From positions 1 through 22,148 of the forward strand of contig NEEC01000193.1 of NCBI GenBank assembly GCA_002189035.1: a stretch of 22,148 nucleotides of DNA. Direction: 5' to 3'. How positions within the stretch are numbered: position 1 is the stretch's first letter; each line of letters opens with the position of its first letter. A program made the translations under genes and the position numbers. Of this stretch, positions 1-12,320 are shown piece by piece. Under the pieces are notes generated by a model. That model saw nothing but the letters and a program-made list of their open reading frames with translations. It did no database searches and was not told the origin of the DNA. This DNA is from Utricularia gibba (lineage: Eukaryota > Plantae > Magnoliophyta).

Positions 1-2084
1 AGTTGCTATGATACTTCTGATTCTTGATGCACCATTCCATACACCATGTTCTAGTGGCTATTTGATTCTTTTGCCGTGTATCCCATTTGCATCAATGTCG
101 AGAACGAGAAGCACATTCTTAGACGCAGCCACAAGAAAGGACACCTAAGACACTTTTCGTTGTGGCTTGTTTTTAATATGTCCAGTTATCGGACAAACGT
201 AACTCAAATATATACTTGGAGCTCGAAAAGGGCTTCCAACAGTGTGCTATGAAGAGCAAGGATCTGCATGTTATGCAAGAGGTGCTTCGCGGACCAGGAT
301 GTGCGACGTAGTCATTTCATTGCGCATCATCATTCGGGGTGCATCCTAAAAATCAACGTGCACGGGATTCATTAAAAAAAAATATTTACGCATATCCAGA
401 GTGTATAACAGTGTTGGGATAAGTGATGCACGAAATTCATGATGTAGCATGTGACTTTTTTCCAACTTGATCGATAGTAGATGAATTCTGACACCATATG
501 TTGATGCATTTAGTTGCTATGATACTTCTGATTCTTGATGCACCATTCCCGTATACCATGTCTCTAGTGGCTATTTGATTCTTTTGCCTTGTATGTTGTT
601 CGCATCAATTTCGAGAACATGAAGCACATTATTAAATGCAGTCACCACGGAATGCACGTGAGACACCTTTCGTTGTGGCCCTTTTTTAATATGTCCACAG
701 TTATCGGACAAACGTAACTCAAATTATAATACTTGGAGCTCGAAAAGGGCTTCCCAACAGTGTGCTATGAAGAGCAAGGATGCATGTTATGCAAGAGGTG
801 TTTCGCGGACAGGATGTGCGACGTAGTCATTTCATTGCGCATCACCATTCGGGATGCAGCCGAAAAATACACGTGCACCGGATTTGTTAAAAATAAATAT
901 TTACGCATATCCTGAGTATACAACAGTGTTGGGATAAGTGATGCCACGAAATTCATGATGTAACATGTGACTTTTTCCATCTTGATCGCATATCGATGAA
1001 GTTTGACACCATATGTTTTGGCTGTTGATTGATTCAATTAGTTGCTATGATACTTCTGATTCTTGATGCACCATTCCCATACACCATGTCTCTAGTGGCT
1101 ATTTGATTCTTTTGCCGTGTATCCCATTTGCATCAATGTCGAGAACGAGAAGCACATTCTTAGACGCAGCCACCAAGAAAGGACACCTAAGACACTTTTC
1201 GTTGTGGCTTGTTTTTAATATGTCCACAGTTATCGGACAAACGTAACTCCAAATTATAATACTTGGAGCTCGAAAAGGGCTTCCAACAGTGTGCTATGAA
1301 GAGCAAGGATCTGCATGTTATGCAAGAGGTGCTTCGCGGACCAGGATGTGCGACGTAGTCATTTCATTGCGCATCATCATTCGGGGTGCATCTAAAAATC
1401 ACACGTGCACGGGATTCATTAAAAATAAATATTTACGCATATCCAGAGTGTATAACAGTGTTGGGATAAGTGATGCACGAAATTCATGATGTAGCATGTG
1501 ACTTTTTTCCAACTTGATCGCATAGTAGATGAATTCTGACACCATATGTTGATGCATTTAGTTGCTATGATACTTCTGATTCTTGATGCACATTCCCGTA
1601 TACCATGTCTCTAGTGGCTATTTGATTCTTTTGCCTTGTATGTTGTTCGCATCAATTTCGAGAACATGAAGCACATTATTAAATGCAGTCACCACGGAAT
1701 GCACGTGAGACACTTTCGTTGTGGCCTTTTTTAATATGTCCACAGTTATCGGAAAAACGTAACTCCAAATTATAATACTTGGAGCTCGAAAAGGGCTTCC
1801 CAACAGTGTGCTATGAAGAGCAAGGATCTGCATGTTATGCAAGAGGTGTTTCGCGGCCAGGATGTGCGACGTAGTCATTTCATTGCGCATCACATTCGGG
1901 TGCATCCAAAAATCACACGTGCACGGATTTGTTAAAAATAAATATTTACGCATATCGAGTGTACAACAGTGTTGGGATAAGTGATGCCACGAAATTCATG
2001 ATGTAACATGTGACTTTTTTCCATCTTGATCGCATATCCGATGAAGTTTGACACCATATGTTTTGGCTGTTGATTGATTCAATT

Positions 2085-2613
2085 AGTTGCTATGATACTT
2101 CTGATTCTTGATGCACCATTCCCATACACATGTCTCTAGTGGCTATTTGATTCTTTTGCCGTGTATCTTTGCATCAATGTCGAGAACGAGAAGCACATTC
2201 TTAGACGCAGCCACCAAGAAAGGACACCTAAGACACTTTTCGTTGTGGCTTGTTTTTTTAATATGTCCACAGTTATCGGACAAACGTAACTCCAAATTAT
2301 AATACTTGGAGCTCGAAAAGGGCTTCCCAACAGTGTGCTATGAAGAGCAAGGATCTGCATGTTATGCAAGAGGTGCTTCGCGGACCAGGATGTGCGACGT
2401 AGTCATTTCATTGCGCATCATCATTCGGGTGCATCCTAAAACACACGTGCACGGGATTCATTAAAAATAAATATTTACGCATATCGAGTGTATAACAGTG
2501 TTGGGATAAGTGATGCCACGAAATTCATGATGTAACATGTGACTTTTTTCCATCTTGATCGCATATCCGATGAAGTTTGACACCATATGTTTTGGCTGTT
2601 GATTGATTCAATT
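2085..2613 (+). repeat. Chimeric monomer with A head and B tail; breaks the AB alternation
   Basis: A-diagnostic bases run through 2493 (GAGTGTATAAC) and B-diagnostic bases start at 2535 (GTAAC, CCATC, ATCCGATGAAGTTTG, long tail). Another A head follows at 2614. Confidence 0.85.
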
Positions 2614-5600
2614 AGTTGCTATGATACTTCTGATTCTTGATGCACCATTCCCATACACCATGTCTCTAGTGGCTATTTGATTCTTTTGCCGTGTATCCCA
2701 TTTGCATCAATGTCGAGAACGAGAAGCACATTCTTAGACGCAGCCACCAAGAAAGGACACCTAAGACACTTTTCGTTGTGGCTTGTTTTAATATGTCCAC
2801 AGTTATCGGACAAAGTAACTCCAAATTATAATACTTGGAGCTCGAAAAGGGCTTCCCAACAGTGTGCTATGAAGAGCAAGGATCTGCATGTTATGCAAGA
2901 GGTGCTTCGCGGACCAGGATGTGCGACGTAGTCATTTCATTGCGCATCATCATTCGGGGTGCATCCTAAAAATCACACGTGCACGGGATTCATTAAAAAT
3001 AAATATTTACGCATATCCAGAGTGTATAACAGTGTTGGGATAAGTGATGCCACGAAATTCATGATGTAGCATGTGACTTTTTTCCAACTTGATCGCATAG
3101 TAGATGAATTCTGACACCATATGTTGATGCATTTAGTTGCTATGATACTTCTGATTCTTGATGCACCATTCCCGTATACCATGTCTCTAGTGGCTATTTG
3201 ATTCTTTTGCCTTGTATGTTGTTCGCATCAATTTCGAGAACATGAAGCACATTATTAAATGCAGTCACCACGGAATGCCACGTGAGACACTTTCGTTGTG
3301 GCCCTTTTTAATATGTCCACAGTTATCGGACAAACGTAACTCCAAATTATAATACTTGGAGCTCGAAAAGGGCTTCCAACAGTGTGCTATGAAGAGCAAG
3401 GATCTGCATGTTATGCAAGAGGTGTTTCGCGGACCAGGATGTGCGACGTAGTCATTTCATTGCGCATCACCATTCGGGATGCAGCCGAAAAATCACGTGC
3501 ACCGGATTTGTTAAAAATAAATATTTACGCATATCCTGAGTATACAACAGTGTTGGGATAAGTGATGCCACGAAATTCATGATGTAACATGTGACTTTTT
3601 TCCATCTTGATCGCATATCCGATGAAGTTTGACACCATATGTTTTGGCTGTTGATTGATTCAATTAGTTGCTATGATACTTCTGATTCTTGATGCACCAT
3701 TCCATACACCATGTCTCTAGTGGCTATTTGATTCTTTTGCCGTGTATCCCATTTGCATCAATGTCGAGAACGAGAAGCACATTCTTAGACGCAGCCACCA
3801 AGAAAGGACACCTAAGACACTTTTCGTTGTGGCTTGTTTTTAATATGTCCACAGTTATCGGACAAACGTAACTCCAAATTATAATACTTGGAGCTCGAAA
3901 AGGGCTTCCCAACAGTGTGCTATGAAGAGCAAGGATCTGCATGTTATGCAAGAGGTGCTTCGCGGACCAGGATGTGCGACGTAGTCATTTCATTGCGCAT
4001 CATCATTCGGGGTGCATCCTAAAAATCACACGTGCGGGATTCATTAAAAATAAATATTTACGCATATCCAGAGTGTATAACAGTGTTGGGATAAGTGATG
4101 CCACGAAATTCATGATGTAGCATGTGACTTTTTTCCAACTTGATCGCATAGTAGATGAATTCTGACACCATATGTTGATGCATTTAGTTGCTATGATACT
4201 TCTGATTCTTGATGCACCATTCCGTATACCATGTCTCTAGTGGCTATTTGATTCTTTTGCCTTGTATGTTGTTCGCATCAATTTCGAGAACATGAAGCAC
4301 ATTATTAAATGCAGTCACCACGGAATGCCACGTGAGACACTTTTCGTTGTGGCCTTTTTAATATGTCACAGTTATCGGACAAACGTAACTCCAAATTATA
4401 ATACTTGGAGCTCGAAAAGGGCTTCCCAACAGTGTGCTATGAAGAGCAAGGATCTGCATGTTATGCAAGAGGTGTTTCGCGACCAGGATGTGCGACGTAG
4501 TCATTTCATTGCGCATCACATTCGGGATGCAGCCGAAAAATCACACGTGCACCGGATTTGTTAAAAATAAATATTTACGCATATCCTGAGTATACAACAG
4601 TGTTGGGATAAGTGATGCCACGAAATTCATGATGTAACATGTGACTTTTTTCCATCTTGATCGCATATCGATGAAGTTTGACACCATATGTTTTGGCTGT
4701 TGATTGATTCAATTAGTTGCTATGATACTTCTGATTCTTGATGCACCATTCCCATACACCATGTCTCTAGTGGCTATTTGATTCTTTTGCCGTGTATCCC
4801 ATTTGCATCAATGTCGAGAACGAGAAGCACATTCTTAGACGCAGCCACCAAGAAAGGACACCTAAGACACTTTTCGTTGTGGCTTGTTTTTAATATGTCC
4901 ACAGTTATCGGACAAACGTAACTCCAAATTATAATACTTGGAGCTCGAAAAGGGCTTCCCAACAGTGTGCTATGAAGAGCAAGGATCTGCATGTTATGCA
5001 AGAGGTGCTTCGCGGACCAGGATGTGCGACGTAGTCATTTCATTGCGCATCATCATTCGGGGTGCATCCTAAAAATCACACGTGCACGGGATTCATTAAA
5101 AATAAATATTTACGCATATCCAGAGTGTATAACAGTGTTGGGATAAGTGATGCCACGAAATTCATGATGTAGCATGTGACTTTTTTCCAACTTGATCGCA
5201 TAGTAGATGAATTCTGACACCATATGTTGATGCATTTAGTTGCTATGATACTTCTGATTCTTGATGCACCATTCCCGTATACCATGTCTCTAGTGGCTAT
5301 TTGATTCTTTTGCCTTGTATGTTGTTCGCATCAATTTCGAGAACATGAAGCACATTATTAAATGCAGTCACCACGGAATGCCACGTGAGACACCTTTCGT
5401 TGTGGCCCTTTTTTAATATGTCCACAGTTATCGGACAAACGTAACTCCAAATTATAATACTTGGAGCTCGAAAAGGGCTTCCCAACAGTGTGCTATGAAG
5501 AGCAAGGATCTGCATGTTATGCAAGAGGTGTTTCGCGACCAGGATGTGCGACGTAGTCATTTCATTGCGCATCACCATTCGGGATGCAGCCGAAAAATCA

Positions 5601-7887
5601 CACGTGCACCGGATTTGTTAAAAATAAATATTTACGCATATCCTGAGTATAAACAGTGTTGGGATAAGTGATGCCACGAAATTCATGATGTAACATGTGA
5701 CTTTTTTCCATCTTGATCGCATATCCGATGAAGTTTGACACCATATGTTTTGGCTGTTGATTGATTCAATTAGTTGCTATGATACTTCTGATTCTTGATG
5801 CACCATTCCCATACACCATGTCTCTAGTGGCTATTTGATTCTTTTGCCGTGTATCCCATTTGCATCAATGTCGAGAACGAGAAGCACATTCTTAGACGCA
5901 GCCACCAAGAAAGGACACCTAAGACACTTTTCGTTGTGGCTTGTTTTTAATATGTCCACAGTTATCGGACAAACGTAACTCCAAATTATAATACTTGGAG
6001 CTCGAAAAGGGCTTCCCAACAGTGTGCTATGAAGAGCAAGGATCTGCATGTTATGCAAGAGGTGCTTCGCGGACCAGGATGTGCGACGTAGTCATTTCAT
6101 TGCGCATCATCATTCGGGGTGCATCCTAAAAATCACACGTGCACGGGATTCATTAAAAATAAATATTTACGCATATCCAGAGTGTATAACAGTGTTGGGA
6201 TAAGTGATGCCACGAAATTCATGATGTAGCATGTGACTTTTTTCCAACTTGATCGCATAGTAGATGAATTCTGACACCATATGTTGATGCATTTAGTTGC
6301 TATGATACTTCTGATTCTTGATGCACCATTCCCGTATACCATGTCTCTAGTGGCTATTTGATTCTTTTGCCTTGTATGTTGTTCGCATCAATTTCGAGAA
6401 CATGAAGCACATTATTAAATGCAGTCACCACGGAATGCCACGTGAGACACCTTTCGTTGTGGCCCTTTTTTAATATGTCCACAGTTATCGGACAAACGTA
6501 ACTCCAAATTATAATACTTGGAGCTCGAAAAGGGCTTCCCAACAGTGTGCTATGAAGAGCAAGGATCTGCATGTTATGCAAGAGGTGTTTCGCGGACCAG
6601 GATGTGCGACGTAGTCATTTCATTGCGCATCACATTCGGGATGCAGCCGAAAAATCACACGTGCACGGGATTTGTTAAAAATAAATATTTACGCATATCC
6701 TGAGTATACAACAGTGTTGGGATAAGTGATGCCACGAAATTCATGATGTAACATGTGACTTTTTTCCATCTTGATCGCATATCCGATGAAGTTTGACACC
6801 ATATGTTTTGGCTGTTGATTGATTCAATTAGTTGCTATGATACTTCTGATTCTTGATGCACCATTCCCATACACCATGTCTCTAGTGGCTATTTGATTCT
6901 TTTGCCGTGTATCCATTTGCATCAATGTCGAGAACGAGAAGCACATTCTTAGACGCAGCCACCAAGAAAGGACACCTAAGACACTTTTCGTTGTGGCTTG
7001 TTTTTAATATGTCCACAGTTATCGGACAAACGTAACTCCAAATTATAATACTTGGAGCTCGAAAAGGGCTTCCCAACAGTGTGCTATGAAGAGCAAGGAT
7101 CTGCATGTTATGCAAGAGGTGCTTCGCGGACCAGGATGTGCGACGTAGTCATTTCATTGCGCATCATCATTCGGGGTGCATCCTAAAAATCACACGTGCA
7201 CGGGATTCATTAAAAATAAATATTTACGCATATCCAGAGTGTATAACAGTGTTGGGATAAGTGATGCCACGAAATTCATGATGTAGCATGTGACTTTTTT
7301 CCAACTTGATCGCATAGTAGATGAATTCTGACACCATATGTTGATGCATTTAGTTGCTATGATACTTCTGATTCTTGATGCACCATTCCGTATACCATGT
7401 CTCTAGTGGCTATTTGATTCTTTTGCCTTGTATGTTGTTCGCATCAATTTCGAGAACATGAAGCACATTATTAAATGCAGTCACCACGGAATGCCACGTG
7501 AGACACCTTTCGTTGTGGCCCTTTTTTAATATGTCCACAGTTATCGGACAAACGTAACTCCAAATTATAATACTTGGAGCTCGAAAAGGGCTTCCCAACA
7601 GTGTGCTATGAAGAGCAAGGATCTGCATGTTATGCAAGAGGTGCTTCGCGGACCAGGATGTGCGACGTAGTCATTTCATTGCGCATCATCATTCGGGGTG
7701 CATCCTAAAAATCACACGTGCACCGGATTCATTAAAAATAAATATTTACGCATATCCAGAGTATAACAACAGTGTTGGGATAAGTGATGCCACGAAATTC
7801 ATGATGTAACATGTGACTTTTTTCCATCTTGATCGCATATCCGATGAAGTTTGACACCATATGTTTTGGCTGTTGATTGATTCAATT
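2614..7887 (+). repeat. Second regular (A+B)5 higher-order repeat domain
   Basis: A starts at 2614, 3666, 4715, 5772 and 6830 alternate with B starts at 3135, 4186, 5238, 6295 and 7352. Confidence 0.92.
7352..7887 (+). repeat. Mosaic B monomer carrying an internal A-type tract (about 7644-7758)
   Basis: Head and tail are B-type, but GTGCTTC, CATCATC, GGGGTG, CATCCTA, GATTCATT and CCAGA are A states. Only CACCGG is B-type within the tract. Confidence 0.8.
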
Positions 7888-8263
7888 AGTTGCTATGATA
7901 CTTCTGATTCTTGATGCACCATTCCCATACACCATGTCTCTAGTGGCTATTTGATTCTTTTGCCGTGTATCCCATTTGCATCAATGTCGAGAACGAGAAG
8001 CACATTCTTAGACGCAGCCACCAAGAAAGGACACCTAAGACACTTTTCGTTGTGGCTTGTTTTTAATATGTCCACAGTTATCGGACAAACGTAACTCCAA
8101 ATTATAATACTTGGAGCTCGAAAAGGGCTTCCCAACAGTGTGCTATGAAGAGCAAGGATCTGCATGTTATGCAAGAGGTGCTTCGCGGACCAGGATGTGC
8201 GACGTAGTCATTTCATTGCGCATCATCATTCGGGGTGCATCCTAAAAATCACACGTGCACGGG

Positions 8264-11200
8264 CATATCCATGTATAACAATAAATATTTACATGCATAT
8301 CCAGATGTGTATAAGTTGCTATGATACTTCTGATTCTTGATGGATAAGTGTCCACGAAATTCATGATGTAGCCGTGTGACTTTTGTGCTATGTCTGCATG
8401 TTATGCAAGAGGTGCTTCGCGGACCAGGATGTGCGACGTAGTCATTTCATTGCGCATCATCATTCGATCCTAAAAATCACACGTGCACGGGATTCATTAA
8501 AAATAAATATTTACGCATATCCAGAGTGTATAACAGTGTTGGGATAAGTGATGCCACGAAATTCATGATGTTGTGATGCATTTGAGTTGCCTATACTTCT
8601 GATTCTTGATGCACCATTCCCGTATACCATGTCTCTAGTGGCTATTTGATTCTTTTGCCTTGTATGTTGTTCGCATCAATTTCGAGAACATGAAGCACAT
8701 TATTAAATGCAGTCACCACGGAATGCACGTGAGACACTTTTCGTTGTGGCTTTTTTAATATGTCCACAGTTATCGGACAAACGTAACTCCAAATTATAAT
8801 ACTTGGAGCTCGAAAAGGGCAACAGTGTGCTATGAAGAGCAAGGATCTGCATGTTATGCAAGAGGTACCAGGATGTGCGACGTAGTCATTTCATTGCGCA
8901 TCACATTCGGGATGCAAAAAATCACACGTGCACCGGACGTCCAAATTCATGATGTAACATGTGACTTTTCCATCTTGATCGCATATCCGAAAGTTGGGAC
9001 CAAGTGTGGCTATGAACGAAATTCTGTTTAACTGTGGCTTTCCCAATGACACATGCTATACGTCATTTCATTGCGCATCATCATTCGGATGTGCATCGCA
9101 TAGAGGTGCTTCGTGCCGATTATCCCGATCAATGTACATTCTTGATGCATTGAGTGGCTATTTGAATCATTCATTGTCGAGATTCTTAGACGCAGCCACC
9201 AAGAAAGGACACCTAAGACACTTTTCGTTGTGGCTTGTTTTAATATGTCCACAGTTATCGGACAAACGTAACTCCAAATTATAATACTTGGAGCTCGAAA
9301 AGGGCTTCCCAACAGTGTGCTATGAAGAGCAAGGATCTGCATGTTATGCAAGAGGTGCTTCGCGGACCAGGATGTGCGACGTAGTCATTTCATTGCGCAT
9401 CATCATTCGGGGTGCATCCTAAAAATCACACGTGCACGGGATTCATTAAAAATAAATATTTACGCATATCCAGAGTGTATAACAGTGTTGGGATAAGTGA
9501 TGCCACGAAATTCATGATGTAGCATGTGACTTTTTTCCAACTTGATCGCATAGTAGATGAATTCTGACACCATATGTTGATGCATTTAGTTGCTATGATA
9601 CTTCTGATTCTTGATGCACCATTCCCGTATACCATGTCTCTAGTGGCTATTTGATTCTTTTGCCTTGTATGTTGTTCGCATCAATTTCGAGAACATGAAG
9701 CACATTATTAAATGCAGTCACCACGGAATGCCACGTGAGACACCTTTCGTTGTGGCCCTTTTTTAATATGTCCACAGTTATCGGACAAACGTAACTCCAA
9801 ATTATAATACTTGGAGCTCGAAAAGGGCTTCCCAACAGTGTGCTATGAAGAGCAAGGATCTGCATGTTATGCAAGAGGTGCTTCGCGGACCAGGATGTGC
9901 GACGTAGTCATTTCATTGCGCATCACCATTCGGGATGCAGCCGAAAAATCACACGTGCACGGATTTGTTAAAAATAAATATTTACGCATATCCTGAGTAT
10001 ACAACAGTGTTGGGATAAGTGATGCCACGAAATTCATGATGTAACATGTGACTTTTTTCCATCTTGATCGCATATCCGATGAAGTTTGACACCATATGTT
10101 TTGGCTGTTGATTGATTCAATTAGTTGCTATGATACTTCTGATTCTTGATGCACCATTCCCATACACCATGTCTCTAGTGGCTATTTGATTCTTTTGCCG
10201 TGTATCCCATTTGCATCAATGTCGAGAACGAGAAGCACATTCTTAGACGCAGCCACCAAGAAAGGACACCTAAGACACTTTTCGTTGTGGCTTGTCCACA
10301 GTTATCGGACAAACGTAACTCCAAATTATAATACTTGGAGCTCGAAAAGGGCTTCCCAACAGTGTGCTATGAAGAGCAAGGATCTGCATGTTATGCAAGA
10401 GGTGCTTCGCGGACCAGGATGTGCGACGTAGTCATTTCATTGCGCATCATCATTCGGGGTGCATCCACTTGGAGCGTGCGAAAAGGGCTTCCCAACAGTG
10501 TGCGCATAGAGAGTGTAGATCTGCATGTTATGTGACTTTCGCCCACCGGAGGATGTAACAGTGTGCTATGACTATGTTATGCATTTCATTGCGACGTAGT
10601 CATTTCATTGCGGGGTGCATCCTAAAAATCACACGTGCACGGGATTCATTAAAAATAAATATTTACGCATATCCAGAGTGTATAACAGTGTTGGGATAAG
10701 TGATGCCACGAAATTCATGATGTAACATGTGACTTTTTTCCATCTTGATCGCATATCCGATGAAGTTTGACGATTGATTCAATTAGTTGCTATGATACTT
10801 CTGATTCTTGATGCACCATTCCCATACACCATGTCTCTAGTGGCTATTTGATTCTTTTGCCGTGTATCCCATTTGCATCAATGTCGAGAACGAGAAGCAC
10901 ATTCTTAGACGCATAAGACACTTAGTTGTAACTCTGGAGCTCGACTTCTATGTCTGCATGTTATGCACTTATTGCGACGTAGTGATCATCATTCGGGGTG
11001 CATGTGCTGCATGAGTGTATAACACTTCCCCAACTTGATATAGTAGCACCATATGTCATCTAGATACTTCTGAGATGGTGTGGCTATTTGCTTTTGCCTT
11101 GTATGTTGTTCATGCATGAAGCAGCAGTCACCACGGAATGCCACTGAGAGCGGTTATCGTAACTCCAAATTATAATACTTGGAGCTCGAAAAGGGCTTCC

Positions 11201-12320
11201 CAACAGTGTGCTATGAAGAGCAAGGATCTGCATGTTATGCAAGAGGTGCTTCGCGGACCAGGATGTGCGACGTAGTCATTTCATTGCGCATCATCATTCG
11301 GGTGCAGCCTAAAAATCACACGTGCACGGGATTCATTAAAAATAAATATTTACGCATATCCAGAGTTATAACAGTGTTGGGATAAGTGATGCCACGAAAT
11401 TCATGATGTAACATGTGACTTTTTTCCATCTTGATCGCATATCCGATGAAGTTTGACACCATATGTTTTGGCTGTTGATTGATTCAATTAGTTGCTATGA
11501 TACTTCTGATTCTTGATGCACCATTCCATACACCATGTCTCTAGTGGCTATTTGATTCTTTTGCCGTGTATCCCATTTGCATCAATGTCGAGAACGAGAA
11601 GCACATTCTTAGACGCAGCCACCAAGAAAGGACACCTAAGACACTTTTCGTTGTGGCTTGTTTTTAATATGTCACAGTTATCGGACAAACGTGGAGCTTT
11701 CCCAACAGTGTGCTATGAAGAGCAAGGATCTGCATGTTATGCAAGAGGTGCTTCGCGGACCAGGATGTGCGACGTAGTCATTTCATTGCGCATCATCATT
11801 CGGATGTGCATCCTAGCCACACGTGCACGGCCATTAATGTAAAAACGATATCAGAGTGTATATACGGATAAGTGATGCCACGAAATATGATGTGATGTGG
11901 TTTTCACTCCGCATTTATCGATTATCTGAAGTTTGACACCATATGTTTTGGCTGTTGATTGATTCAATTAGTTGCTATGATACTTCTGATTCTTGATGCA
12001 CCATTCCCATACACCATGTCTCTAGTGGCTATTTGATTCTTTTGCCGTGTATCCCATTTGCATCAATGTCGAGAACGAGAAGCACATTCTTAGACGCAGC
12101 ACCAAGAAAGGACACCTAAGACACTTTTCGTTGTGGCTTGTTTTTAAGTCCTGTTATGTCATGGCACTTCGTAAGTCATTTCAATCATCATTATCCTAAT
12201 CACACGTTGGAGCAGTCGAAAAGGCTTCCCAACAGTGATGCTATGAAGAGCACGGATCTGCATGTTATGTTGTGCTTCGCGGACCAGGATCTGATTATGT
12301 CATTTCGTTGCGACGTATCA
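8264..12320. other. Disordered zone: intact monomers interspersed with scrambled, duplicated or compressed satellite fragments
   Basis: Irregular segments lie at 8264-8590, 8820-9183, 10467-10610, 10914-11157, 11690-11928 and 12148-12320. They are built mostly from recognisable satellite words. Monomer spacings here are 697, 662, 480 and 549 bp instead of 523/536. Confidence 0.85.

Noticed and set aside
8994-9351. Longer unique-looking ORFs and an apparent foreign insertion in the scrambled region
   Set aside because: The segment is made largely of distorted satellite words, so it is neither foreign DNA nor a credible gene.
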